Of a DNA stretch of 64,000 bases, positions 1-9,994 are shown one piece after another. The translations under genes were made by a program, and so were the position numbers. Each line of letters opens with the position of its first letter. Position 1 is the first letter of the stretch. This DNA comes from an uncultured Armatimonadia bacterium (GTDB taxonomy: Bacteria; Armatimonadota; Zipacnadia; CAVVLO01): the NCBI GenBank assembly GCA_963749155.1, contig CAVVLO010000003.1, positions 96,001 through 160,000 on the forward strand, read 5' to 3'. The notes beneath the pieces were generated by a model. The model did not search any database. It was not told the origin of the DNA and worked only from the letters and a program-made list of their open reading frames with translations.

Positions 1-523
1 CCAGCACTTCCTCGGGGGGAAGAAAGCCGCTTTGGCAATAAGGGCAGGTCGCGCCCTGGTAATCGGCGCCTCTTGCGCCAGTTGCGCCGTGAGTGCCAGC
101 GGGCGCAAGGCGCGGCCGGCTCGGATTGGCGCCCGAGGGGTGCAGGATGATCTCGCCATCGTCCTCATCCCAAAAATCCTCGGGGCTTTCGCGCTGCCAG
201 TATTCCTCAGGCGTTTCGGTTGAAGTGTCTCGCTCATACCGCGAGGTGTAAGTGGATTGCCTGGGGAATCGCCGATTCCCAATTCGTCCCAGCCAGTCAT
301 ACCAGGGGCGCCATATCGCCGCGCTGATGATGAGACCGGTTACGAAGCCGGCAACCCCGCCCACATCGCCTCCAATCTCGGCGCCGAGGGCCATCGTGGC
401 AAAAGGCAGGACGAGGGGCACCATCAGGAAGACGAAGTAGAGCGCCAGTAGCAGCGCATACATCGCCAGGACCCAAAGCGCAAGTCCTATCACAATCGCA
501 AACAAGGTGGCGCAGCAGTCCAA
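1..523 (-). CDS. Membrane protein followed by a CPYC zinc-finger start (prokaryotic RING-like); runs off the window edge
   Basis: Translated by hand; absent from the ORF track. TTG at 523 follows a GAGGAG RBS. MDCCATLFAIVIGLALWVLAM...GGVAGFVTGLIISAAIWRPWYDW, then an acidic linker, then GATCPYCQSGFLPPEEVL; open to position 1. Confidence 0.7.
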   Translation of the reverse strand, partial: MDCCATLFAIVIGLALWVLAMYALLLALYFVFLMVPLVLPFATMALGAEIGGDVGGVAGFVTGLIISAAIWRPWYDWLGRIGNRRFPRQSTYTSRYERDTSTETPEEYWQRESPEDFWDEDDGEIILHPSGANPSRPRLAPAGTHGATGARGADYQGATCPYCQSGFLPPEEVL

Positions 524-564
524 ATTTACTCCTCACCCAAGTTCTGGGACGCGTTCGGCCTGCG

Positions 565-807
565 CTACTGTAACGCTCGGTACCAGCTTCGACGGAAGAG
601 CGCAAAGCTGATCGCTCCAATTATGAAACCTGCCACGGCGCCCCACTGCCCACCCGCTTTCATGCCGATGAAGCCCAGCGCCAAGGGCACGATAACCGGC
701 ACAATTAGCACTGCCACGTAAGCCAGCGTCATCAGCAGCATGTGAAACACCACTGCGACGAAGAGCAGGCCGAAAATAACAGGATCCAGCGCGCGTCGCC
801 AGTTCAA
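565..807 (-). CDS. Small membrane protein, paralogous to the N-terminus of the adjacent gene
   Basis: 80-aa hydrophobic ORF; VPVIVPLALGFIGMKAGGQWGAVAGFIIG...WY aligns with the neighbouring protein. Confidence 0.6.
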   Translation of the reverse strand: MNWRRALDPVIFGLLFVAVVFHMLLMTLAYVAVLIVPVIVPLALGFIGMKAGGQWGAVAGFIIGAISFALFRRSWYRALQ

Positions 808-816
808 GCGTCCACC

Positions 817-3663
817 TTACTTGGCAGGCTGTGCTTCCTCGGTCAGCAGCCTCCTGAAAGCTCCCTCGCGCAAGCTCGTGACCGTATCGCGGGCTTCGGG
901 GCCATCGGGCAGCACGTAGAAGACTCCACATGTGACGCCTGGCAGCGAAAGCTCAACCGATTTGTCGGCTGATACCTGCTGCACTGTGTCCGACAGCAGT
1001 TCATAAACAACATACTGGCCAGGCTGTTCAACAGGTACCGAGGCTGTTGCGGCAGCGCCCTCAGCTTTATACTTCAGCCTTTGCTCGCGATTGCCGTCGT
1101 AGATGAACTCCCAGCTCTCGACGAGGTGGCGGTTCCAAACCACGCTGACCTGCCCGCTCTCAGTCTGGTAGGAATGCACCAGCGCCTGGTCTACGGAATC
1201 AGCGACCTTCCCCGCACCAAGCCAATCGGCGAGCGCGCCGGCGATGCGCCGATCGAGCTCCACAGTGTCTGGCTCACCCGCCCGGTAATGCAGGTAGAGG
1301 ACCCGGCTTCCGCCAGGCCCCTCGAATTGGCTGACAAGCGGCCGGCCATCAACCGACAGCAGTGGAGCGCCACCCTCGCAAACGTAATAGCCAGCGGGAA
1401 AATCAATCCGTTCTCCAACCTGGAAGACGCCCTCGAAGGGCGCCGAGATTTCACTCACAGCCCCTGAGAGGAAGCTCTCGTCCTTCTCGATGGTCATAAG
1501 GCCCCAGGCTGCCCCGCCGCCCGGATACTCGATAAAGTCTTGCTTCCAGTTCCAGGGATTGTAGCCTGTCCCGCTTATGCGCCGAGTCGGCTGATAGCTG
1601 TTGCAGATGAGCGTGCGGGCTGGGTCGGCTTCGAGCCAGGCTGCGATGCGCCCGATTGAGGTCTCCGGCGCCTCAGCGAAGCCCCAGATTAGCGCTTGAT
1701 AGTCCTCCACCGGGGCGAAGCGACTCGTGTCCATCGCATCGAACGCATAGCCCTCGCGCGCCAGCGCCTCGGCCAGGCAGCCATCCCACATATAATTGGT
1801 CGCGCCGAAGCCATAGAAGAGGCTCCCCCGGTACCGGTTGCTGTTCCGACTGGTCAGCACTGCAAGTGGCGAAGCGGCGCGCAGCGGTTTGTCAGCCTTG
1901 AACTGGTCGAAGGCCCATACCTTGGCGATGTTATCGCGAAAACGGTCATGCTGGGAGTTCGACTTGTCGGTCAAGGTCTCCCAGGCGCTCTCATCCAGGA
2001 AGTCATTCTTGATATGGTCGGCCTGCATCGCCGCGCACAGGTCATAGGTGACCGCGTAAGCGACTTCGGTGTCGTAGTACGACCGCCCGTGCCCGCCTGC
2101 GTTTATCTCGAGCTGCGGCCCGATGTAGTTGCCCGCCTCGTGATAGGCGCTGGCCAGGTACCCCCCGCTTCGATACAGGCCTTCTGTCCAGCCGGGATTA
2201 CCGAAATACTCGGGATAGTTGCCTTTGAGATTCGCGAGCCGGCCCGCCCAGACATAATCCGAGGCGTTGGCGAGGTCTTCGGGGTTGGGGATGATGAACA
2301 GATGCCCTCCCCGCTCCTCCAGATACCCGCCCAGATTGTTCAGGAAGCGCAGCCAGCAGTAGTGATACAGTGTCGTGAAGAGATACAAGTTACGCATCGT
2401 AATATCGGTGCGCGCCGGCCCGAAGGCTACCTCTTCAGTGGTCGGAGTATACTCTTCCCACGAGGCAAGCCCCAGGTCTGCCGGCTGCATCCGGTAGCCC
2501 GCGTAGTCCTCGAAATAGTCCCAGAAGGTGACCTTGAGCCTCTGGCCCTCCTCGACAATCATCAGGCCCTCGTCCTGCTCGAGCAGGGCCCTGCGATATG
2601 CCTCGAAGTCCGCCGGCGCGTAGCCCCAGCGCCCGCCCCAGTACGGCCAGACGAAATCCACCAGATTGAGATTGGTCACACCCGCCGCCAGGCAGGCATC
2701 TGCCCGGCGCTGCTGGCACTCCAGGATCTTCGGGTGGTTGAGGCATACCGAGTGCATCTGGTCGAACTTGCCGGGTGTAAGGTTATTGCTCTCCCCGTCC
2801 CAGCGCACGCCCCAGGCCTGGGCCTCGGTCAACTCGACGACGAAATCTATGGCGACGGCGTTCTCCTGCATCGCCGGACGGCCGAGGGATGCCAACCGCT
2901 CGGAATACTCTGCCACCAGATCAGGCTCTGAAAACCCATTGCCCGAATAAGCGACCGAAGGCGACAGCGCCGCCAGTTGCTCGACGATAGAAGCGTTGGG
3001 CGCATGGGTCCAGCCTGCCATTGAACCGGCCACGAAAGCAAAGCCCTTTGGATCCACCGGATTCAGCGCTACTGGGCGAGTTGGCTTTTCAGAATACGAG
3101 CGCGGGAGGTTGTCCGGGTCCAGCAGGTCTTTGGCTCCCGCGGCGCCCGCCAGCTCGATATTGGCAACCAGGAAGGCCAACTGGCCACCGGGCCCGCTGG
3201 GTTCGAGGTTCACCCCCCCGATGGTGTCCCACTCTTTCTGGTTGTCTCCGAGAGCCCAAAGGGCGAAGTCCTCCTCGGAATAACTGTAATGACGCCACTC
3301 GCCCACTGGCGCCTCAGCCAGGCTGAAGGGCGCAAGCCACCTGTCGCCGTCCGCTTCGGCCAAAAAAATCGCCAGGGCGCCAGTCTCATTACGCTCAAGC
3401 AGCATAAAGTCGAAGCTCAACTTCGAATAACCCTTCGCAGGGGCGCTCCAGCCGAAATGCCAGAAAGGATAAGGATCGCCTTCGTGGTCCTGCCATTCAA
3501 GCTTCAGCCCATACCCAAGCTCGGCGCGCGCCTCTTCGAGGAGGGTGGCCTTGCCCCCATCGCCCCAACCGCCCAGGGCGCTCTGCATAGCCGCCATCTT
3601 CGGCGTCATCGCCCAGCTACCGACCGCCAGAAGCAGTACCAACGCGCTCACCAGACTTTTCAT
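817..3663 (-). CDS. Secreted putative glycoside hydrolase (N-terminal CBM-like domain, GH42-like barrel, trimerisation-like domain)
   Basis: 948 aa with a signal peptide; DFVWPYWGGRWGY motif; paralogue of 20005..22251. Confidence 0.6.
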   Translation of the reverse strand: MKSLVSALVLLLAVGSWAMTPKMAAMQSALGGWGDGGKATLLEEARAELGYGLKLEWQDHEGDPYPFWHFGWSAPAKGYSKLSFDFMLLERNETGALAIFLAEADGDRWLAPFSLAEAPVGEWRHYSYSEEDFALWALGDNQKEWDTIGGVNLEPSGPGGQLAFLVANIELAGAAGAKDLLDPDNLPRSYSEKPTRPVALNPVDPKGFAFVAGSMAGWTHAPNASIVEQLAALSPSVAYSGNGFSEPDLVAEYSERLASLGRPAMQENAVAIDFVVELTEAQAWGVRWDGESNNLTPGKFDQMHSVCLNHPKILECQQRRADACLAAGVTNLNLVDFVWPYWGGRWGYAPADFEAYRRALLEQDEGLMIVEEGQRLKVTFWDYFEDYAGYRMQPADLGLASWEEYTPTTEEVAFGPARTDITMRNLYLFTTLYHYCWLRFLNNLGGYLEERGGHLFIIPNPEDLANASDYVWAGRLANLKGNYPEYFGNPGWTEGLYRSGGYLASAYHEAGNYIGPQLEINAGGHGRSYYDTEVAYAVTYDLCAAMQADHIKNDFLDESAWETLTDKSNSQHDRFRDNIAKVWAFDQFKADKPLRAASPLAVLTSRNSNRYRGSLFYGFGATNYMWDGCLAEALAREGYAFDAMDTSRFAPVEDYQALIWGFAEAPETSIGRIAAWLEADPARTLICNSYQPTRRISGTGYNPWNWKQDFIEYPGGGAAWGLMTIEKDESFLSGAVSEISAPFEGVFQVGERIDFPAGYYVCEGGAPLLSVDGRPLVSQFEGPGGSRVLYLHYRAGEPDTVELDRRIAGALADWLGAGKVADSVDQALVHSYQTESGQVSVVWNRHLVESWEFIYDGNREQRLKYKAEGAAATASVPVEQPGQYVVYELLSDTVQQVSADKSVELSLPGVTCGVFYVLPDGPEARDTVTSLREGAFRRLLTEEAQPAK

Positions 3664-5605
3664 TGGGCCTCTCCCAGCGCAGCTTTGGCTGCCGCAAGCT
3701 CATCGCGCGTAACGTAGAAGAAGGTGCCATGCCTTGGCCCTGGCGGAAACTCTACTCCCGTTATCTCATCCCACGAAAGCAGGTCTTGTGACAGACTGAA
3801 GCTGTAGCGCTCTTCCGCAAAATGGTCATAGGCGAGGTACCACTTTTCGCCCCACTGGAAGAGGGCCGGCCCCTCGGTGAGTGGAGGCGTCACAAGCCCG
3901 CCCACAGGCTCGTATGGCCCGTGCAGCGACTCGCTGACCGCAACGCGCATCCCCTTGTTGTCGGTGCCCTTGCGATTCTCGCCGCGTTCGTCCTTGTAGA
4001 GGCAATACCAGCGCTTGCCATCGGTTTCGAGGGTGCCGTCAATTATTGTATAGCCAGGATAGAACAGCACCTCGGGCTTGGAGAAGTGCTCAAAATCAGG
4101 CGTCGTCGCGTGCCAAAGCTTCTGGTCGGGCGACCCCTCGGTGATGGACGACCAGTAGACGACCCACTCGCCGCCGACCTCATCCCAGATTGCCTCAGGC
4201 GCCCAGACGTTCTGGCAGCCTGGCACCGATTCCATAATTGGCACAATCCGGGCTTGCTCCCAGTTGACCAGGTCTCGGCTGCGGGTCCCTTCGAAGCTCT
4301 TGCCAGTCCAGCCGCCCGTGTGGATTAAGTAAAACCAGCCATCCGGCCCTCTGTCTGATGAAGGGGTCTCTGATAGTGGAGTTGGCGTAAGGGGTGCGAT
4401 AAATCGGCTTGTTGCCGTTCAAGGGACGCCAGTGATAAAGGTCCTCGCTCCACGCGAGGTGCAGCGCCTCGGCGCTCGTGCGGAAGTAGCAGAACAGCAG
4501 CACTTCATCCATCCCGGGTTTCACTCCTGCTACCGACTCGCTGGCCGGCTGGGATTCAAACAGGCGGAAGAGCGGCGAGCCTGCGTCGAGGGCCTGCCCG
4601 GCCGCCTCATCGTCCATCAAGCAACACTTAAAAAACGCCAGGCTTGTCACAACAATCGTCTGCAGTTTGGTATCGCCCGCGAGGGCTTTCTGGATACTCC
4701 CCCAGGGCACGATGGCACTACCGCCGAAGGTCCCGTGAGTTGCGCCTGCCAGTTCCGCCAGGTATTTTGGGCCTGGCACGTGGTCGAAAATCCAGCGCAG
4801 ATTCTCGGCCCTGCTGGGCGGCCCGCCTCCTGCTTCAAACTGGCCGTAGAGAAAGTACATCGGCAGCTTCATCTGGGCAAGCTATGCCAGGCTCCCAGGT
4901 GCCCTCTCCCCAGAAGGGACTCGAGAGGCAAAGCCCCGCCTTCACGCGGTCATCGGCATAAGGCGCGCCCAGGCCTCCGCACAACACAAAAGTTGTATAA
5001 GCTCCGTAGGAATGGCCTCCGGCGGCGATGCGCTCGGGATTGATTGCGTCCTCCAGCCAACCTCTTTCTGTTGTGTTCAACACCAGCAGGTAATCCAGGA
5101 GAGCCTTTGCCTCAGGCACGCGCCGGTCGAAAAGGTCAGGCCACTGGCGCACCTTGCGCAGCGCATCGCTGAGCGCGCGCGCGCCAACCAACTCGTTTCG
5201 TATATCGCTCAAATCAGGGCTGGCCGACCCATCGGAGCGTTCCATCTGGACGCTATCGAGGTGGTCAACCCCCGCCGCGATAAAGCCCTGAGAGGCCAGC
5301 GCCTCACCCAGGTACGCCAGTCCTGCCGCGCTGCCGCCAAATCCGTGAGAGAGCAGCACCAGAGGCCTTCCGCCCTCCTCGGAAGAGAGGGGCGCGTTGA
5401 GGGCGACCTGGGTCTGGATCCCACGGCGGATGGGATAGGTGTAGGGTTTGGTCTGGGCCTTCGTCGGATACCACACGAGCGCTGTCAGCGCGCCGCCGGG
5501 CGCCGCTTCATGAGGCACCTCGAGTACTCTGAGGCCCACGTTGGCAGCGCTTGCGAGTCCTGCCAGCAGCACCAGCATCCCAAATACTGCAATTAGTCTT
5601 CTCAT
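3660..5605 (-). CDS. Secreted alpha/beta hydrolase fused to a GH43-type beta-propeller glycosidase (frameshifted)
   Basis: Three consecutive ORFs. Esterase motifs: SHGFGG, GHSYG, GATHGTF. GH43 motifs: LHLAWSEDLYHW, IRDPFI, NVWAPE, TIIDG, TEGP, GPRHG. Frame breaks near 4870 and 4350. Confidence 0.7.
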
Positions 5606-5612
5606 TCCGCCC

Positions 5613-6467
5613 TCACTTGCGCGCGCAGGTAGCCCCTGGAGCAGTTGTCCTGACCACGTAGACCGAGGTGGTCGCTGTCATATAGAAATCGCAACCATCG
5701 GTCCCTCCAAAGGCGCAGTTGGCTGTCACCTCGGGCATATCCAGTCTGACGATCAAGGCGCCCGAAGGTTCGAAGACCCATACGCCCCCCTGGCCAGTCG
5801 AGAAGAGCCGCCCTTCGGCATCTACTTTCATCCCATCCGCGGCGCCTGGCAGGTCAGCTTTTACGCTGGCGAATACCTCGCCACCGGACAGCGTCCCGTC
5901 CTCTGCCACCACGAAACGCCTTATGTGGTGTTCAATTGAATCTCCGATGTAGAGAACGCGCTCATCCGGCGAGAAGGCCAGGCCGTTCGGCCCTTCCATA
6001 GAGTCCACCAGCAATTCGGGCTCCCCGCCAGGCTTCAGCCGGTAAACGCCCTGGAAGCCCAGTTCTGCCTGCTCGGGCGAGATGCCATAAGGGGGATCGG
6101 TGAAATAAATCACCCCGTCGCTCTTCACTACGATGTCGTTGGGACTATTGAGTTTTTTGCCCTGATAATGGCTGGCGATGCTCTTAACCGAGCCATCGGC
6201 CTCGGTCAGTGACACTCGCCGGTTGCCGTGTTCGCAAGCGAGAAAGCGCCCTGCCAAATCCAGAGTGAGGCCATTCGAGTTGCCACTCGGAAAGCGGAAG
6301 ACGCTTACTTTCCCTCCAGGCGTCGCGCGGTAGACGGTATTGGCGGGTATGTCGCTGAAGAGCAGCGAGCCGGCCTGGGGTACCCAGACAGGCCCCTCGG
6401 TAAACTGGAAGCCTGTTGCGAGGCGTTCGATCTCGCCAGTAAAGATGCCTGCTAGTGACTTGTCCAT
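5613..6467 (-). CDS. SMP-30/gluconolactonase family protein
   Basis: FTEGPVW, LNSPND, FTDPPYG, PNGLAFSPD and DGMKVD motifs; start MDKS follows an AGGAG RBS. Confidence 0.9.
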   Translation of the reverse strand: MDKSLAGIFTGEIERLATGFQFTEGPVWVPQAGSLLFSDIPANTVYRATPGGKVSVFRFPSGNSNGLTLDLAGRFLACEHGNRRVSLTEADGSVKSIASHYQGKKLNSPNDIVVKSDGVIYFTDPPYGISPEQAELGFQGVYRLKPGGEPELLVDSMEGPNGLAFSPDERVLYIGDSIEHHIRRFVVAEDGTLSGGEVFASVKADLPGAADGMKVDAEGRLFSTGQGGVWVFEPSGALIVRLDMPEVTANCAFGGTDGCDFYMTATTSVYVVRTTAPGATCARK

Positions 6468-6501
6468 ACTGATATTCTCCTTGGCTTGAGTTAGGCCAAA
6501 C

Positions 6502-6527
6502 TTCGCGCTGCCGACTCGCTTCCCTGC
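6502..6527 (-). promoter_or_regulatory. SigH-like promoter GCAGGG-N17-GAA
   Basis: Motif with exact spacing upstream of the gluconolactonase operon; a divergent GCAGGA-N17-CAAT variant lies at 6532..6558 (+). Confidence 0.55.
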
Positions 6528-6582
6528 GTCGGCAGGAGGACGCCCTTGCCCGTGCAATATGCGTTGAGTCCAAAGCTGGGAG

Positions 6583-7713
6583 ATGCTGATGACTTCACGA
6601 GAACGCTTGCTGGCTGCGCTCAGGGGCCAGCTGCCTGACCGAGTACCTGTCTGTTGCAGCGAACTGCAGGCTTACAATCCCTATTCCTGGGAGAACCAGG
6701 AGCCCTCTTTTGCGCCGCTGATGGCTTTTATCAAGCAGCACTGCGATGCCGTGCTTACTCTTGGCTGCCCCTGGTACAGCCTGGGCGAGGGGCAGGTCGA
6801 ACAGACGACCTGGGAGGAGGGCGACTGGCATCACGCGCGCCTTGTCTACCACTCTCCCCTCGGCGACCTGACCCAGCAGCAGCTCTGGAAGCCCTCTCAG
6901 AAGACCATCTGGACGACCGAGCATATGCTCAAAACGCCCGACGACATCGCAAAATACCTGGCCCTGGACTTCCACCTTAACGAGCCGGACCTTTCGGTTC
7001 ATCTTGAATTACGCGAGGCCCTCGGCGAGGCCGGCCTCCTGATGCTTGGGCTGCCTGATCCGGTTTGCCTTGCGGCCGAAGCCTTCGATATGTGCGATTT
7101 CCTCCAGTATTACCTGACCGACCAGGCCGAAGTGCTGCGGCTGATGGACGCCCTGGGAGAACGCGTGCTCGAACAGGTCAAACTTGTCTGCAAGGCGGGA
7201 CGCGCCGCGCTTGGAGAGGCCTGGGGCGAAGTGCTGCTTGGCATCTACGGGCCAGAATACGTCACTCCGCCCTATATGGCGCCGGCGCATTTCTCGCGCC
7301 TGGTGACTTGCTACATCAAAGCCCTTGGAGAGGTCATCCACGCCTCGGGGGCGATGCTGCGCGTCCATTCCCACGGCAAGGTTGCCCAGGTACTTGATGA
7401 TTTGGTCCATACCGGGATGGATGCCCTCGATCCGATTGAGCCTCCGCCCGATGGTGATATCGAACTGGCCACGGCAAAACGCCTGATAGGCGGCCAGGTC
7501 TGCCTTTTCGGTAATCTCCAGGTACGCCTGATGGACCATGGCACCCAGGATGAAGTGCGTCAGGCTGTCACCGCCTGTATGCGCGATGCGAAAGCGGGTG
7601 GACGCTATGTGATAATGCCCACCGCCGCGCCTATCGACGTGCCTCTCAGCCCCCAGACCGAGGCCAATTACTACGCCTTCATCGAGACTGCCCTCGAACT
7701 TGGCGTTTACTGA
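6583..7713 (+). CDS. Uroporphyrinogen decarboxylase/MtaA-CmuA family protein
   Basis: MTSRERLLAALRG-PDRVP start, HSHGK, LFGNLQ, GGRYVIMPT. Confidence 0.85.
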   Translation: MLMTSRERLLAALRGQLPDRVPVCCSELQAYNPYSWENQEPSFAPLMAFIKQHCDAVLTLGCPWYSLGEGQVEQTTWEEGDWHHARLVYHSPLGDLTQQQLWKPSQKTIWTTEHMLKTPDDIAKYLALDFHLNEPDLSVHLELREALGEAGLLMLGLPDPVCLAAEAFDMCDFLQYYLTDQAEVLRLMDALGERVLEQVKLVCKAGRAALGEAWGEVLLGIYGPEYVTPPYMAPAHFSRLVTCYIKALGEVIHASGAMLRVHSHGKVAQVLDDLVHTGMDALDPIEPPPDGDIELATAKRLIGGQVCLFGNLQVRLMDHGTQDEVRQAVTACMRDAKAGGRYVIMPTAAPIDVPLSPQTEANYYAFIETALELGVY

Positions 7714-7772
7714 GGGCAGGAAAGCCGCAGTTATTGTGCAACTTTAGCCAATCACCATTTGGAGGGGCCTGG

Positions 7773-8897
7773 ATGACCTCACGAGAACGCTTGCTTGCAG
7801 TGTTGAAGGGTGAGTTACCGGATCGTGTGCCGATTAGCACTTATGAACTACAACCCCAGAGTACCGCTTCCTGGGAGAACCACGAACCTTCGTATGCTCC
7901 ACTGATGGCTTTTATCGAGCAGCACTGCGACACGATGATGTTCGCCGGCACGGCGGGTTGGCGGTTCGCCGAAGGGCAGACCGAAGTCGAGACCTGGACC
8001 GAGGGTGACTGGACTCACCACCGCACCCTTTTGCACTCTCCCCTGGGCGATCTGACCACGCATCACGCCAGCAAAGCCGATGTGGTGACCACCTGGACGC
8101 TGGAACACGCGCTCAAGACGCCTGATGACATAGACAAGTATCTGGCCCTCGATTTCCAGCTTGGCGATGTTGATATGAGCGGCTTCTTCGCGGAGCAGGA
8201 CCGGCTGGGCGAGGCTGGTATCCTGCTGCCTGGAGTTGCCGACCCCGTCTGCATCGCGGCTGAAGCCTTCGAGATGAGCCAGTTTTTACTTTACTCCATC
8301 ACCGACACGGACAAGATGCTCTACTTCCTCGATGCCCTGGGCGAACGCCTGATTGAACAGCTCAGGCTGGTGTGCGAGGCGGGCAAGCAATCACGCGGAG
8401 AACGCTTCGGCGAGGTGCTTTTCCGCCTGTGCGGGCCCGAGTATGTCACGCCACCTTACCTGTCGCCGAAATACTTCAATCGCTTCGTGACCCGCTATGT
8501 GAAGCCGATGGCCGACCTCATCCACGAGGCCGGCGCGATGATGCGCTACCATAGCCACGGGAAGATACGCCAGGTGCTGGATGAGATTATGGCCACTGAA
8601 CCTGATGGGATTGACCCGCTGGAAGGCCCGCCCGATGGCGATATCGACCTTGCAGAGTTGAAGCGCCTTATAGGCGATCGGACCTGCCTTTTCGGTAATC
8701 TCCAGCTCAAGCTGCTGGAACACGGCACGCCTCAGCAGGTGCGCGAGACCGTTATCCAGTGTATGCAGGACGCCAAGGAAGGCGGCCGCTACGTCATAAT
8801 GCCGACCGCCGCGCCCATCAACATCCCGCTTGCGCCCCAGACCGACACCAACTATCGCGTATTTATCGAGACCGCACTCGAATACGGAGGCTACTAA
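7773..8897 (+). CDS. Uroporphyrinogen decarboxylase family protein (tandem paralogue)
   Basis: Co-linear with and highly similar to 6583..7713; GGAGG RBS. Confidence 0.85.
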   Translation: MTSRERLLAVLKGELPDRVPISTYELQPQSTASWENHEPSYAPLMAFIEQHCDTMMFAGTAGWRFAEGQTEVETWTEGDWTHHRTLLHSPLGDLTTHHASKADVVTTWTLEHALKTPDDIDKYLALDFQLGDVDMSGFFAEQDRLGEAGILLPGVADPVCIAAEAFEMSQFLLYSITDTDKMLYFLDALGERLIEQLRLVCEAGKQSRGERFGEVLFRLCGPEYVTPPYLSPKYFNRFVTRYVKPMADLIHEAGAMMRYHSHGKIRQVLDEIMATEPDGIDPLEGPPDGDIDLAELKRLIGDRTCLFGNLQLKLLEHGTPQQVRETVIQCMQDAKEGGRYVIMPTAAPINIPLAPQTDTNYRVFIETALEYGGY

Positions 8898-8899
8898 CG

Positions 8900-9994
8900 A
8901 TGTACGAGCGCCCAGACCTGCCGATCGCCGACAATAAGAATCCGCGCCTGAAGAACTGGCTTAAGGCCGTCTATTTTGACTCACCAGAGTGGATCCCCTT
9001 CTCGGTGGGCATTTTGCCAGCGGCCTGGATGAAGCGCCGCGAGAGCCTCGAGGATGTGCTGCTCGCCCATCCGAAGACTTATCCGAACTTCGAGAAGGGC
9101 AAGACTGACTTTGACGCACTGCCTGGGCATCCGCTCTACCGCCTGGGCCGCCACACCGATTCCTGGGGCATCACCTGGGAGAACATCGAGCCGGGGATGG
9201 ACAGCATCCCTGTCGAGCATCCCCTTGAAAACTGGGATGATTTCGAGGCCTGGAAGGCCACCGCGCCCGATGCCAACACGACCAATGACTGGGGGCCCCA
9301 GCCCGACTGGGAGCAACTCGCCAAACACTTCGAGGCCGTGAAAGCGGAGGGCAGGCTTTGCGTTGGTGGAGTCACCCACGGCTCGGTCTATATGCGCCAA
9401 TATTATCTGCGCGAGTTCGTCAACTATATGATGGACGTGGGCTCCGATGACCCGCGCCTCGACGAGCTGGTCGAGATAATTCTCGAATACAACCTGACCA
9501 CGGTCAGGCGCTATCTCGACGCCGGGATGGAGTTTATGTTTTTTGCCGACGACCTGGGGATGCAGCATGCCCTGCCGATGAGCCCTGCCAAATGGCGCAA
9601 GTATGTCGGCCGGTGCTACAAAATCTTGATAGGCGAGTGTCGCAGGCGCCAGTGCGGGACCTTCCTGCATTCGGACGGGCGCATCGTCGAGATAATCCCG
9701 GACCTGGCCGATTATGGCCTCAATGTCATCAACGCCCAGTATCGCGCCAACTCGCTGGAGGGTCTGGTCGACGTCGCCAAGGGGCGCCTTTGCGTTCACC
9801 TCGACCTGGACAGGCAGCTCTTCCCCTTCGCCACGCCCGCGCAGCTCAGGGAACATGTCCTCACCTGTGTTGCGGCGATGGATGACCCTCGCGGAGGCCT
9901 CACGTTATCGTGCGAGATAGGCCCCGATGTGAATCCGGAGAACGTGGACGCGTTGCTCTCAGTGCTTGAAGAGGTGGGTGGACCGTGGATGTAA
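8900..9994 (+). CDS. Uroporphyrinogen decarboxylase family protein
   Basis: DSWGITW, FADDLGMQ, HSDG, DLDRQ-LFPFATP. Confidence 0.85.
   Translation: MYERPDLPIADNKNPRLKNWLKAVYFDSPEWIPFSVGILPAAWMKRRESLEDVLLAHPKTYPNFEKGKTDFDALPGHPLYRLGRHTDSWGITWENIEPGMDSIPVEHPLENWDDFEAWKATAPDANTTNDWGPQPDWEQLAKHFEAVKAEGRLCVGGVTHGSVYMRQYYLREFVNYMMDVGSDDPRLDELVEIILEYNLTTVRRYLDAGMEFMFFADDLGMQHALPMSPAKWRKYVGRCYKILIGECRRRQCGTFLHSDGRIVEIIPDLADYGLNVINAQYRANSLEGLVDVAKGRLCVHLDLDRQLFPFATPAQLREHVLTCVAAMDDPRGGLTLSCEIGPDVNPENVDALLSVLEEVGGPWM

Noticed and set aside
1696..2931. Long antisense ORFs (also 11707..12942, 32257..33534, 37062..38252, 46651..47670, 59472..60839)
   Set aside because: They are shadow frames of high-GC genes and lack recognisable motifs
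6583..9994. Calling the UroD-family genes hemE
   Set aside because: They lack the HemE N-terminal RQAGR signature and any haem-pathway context
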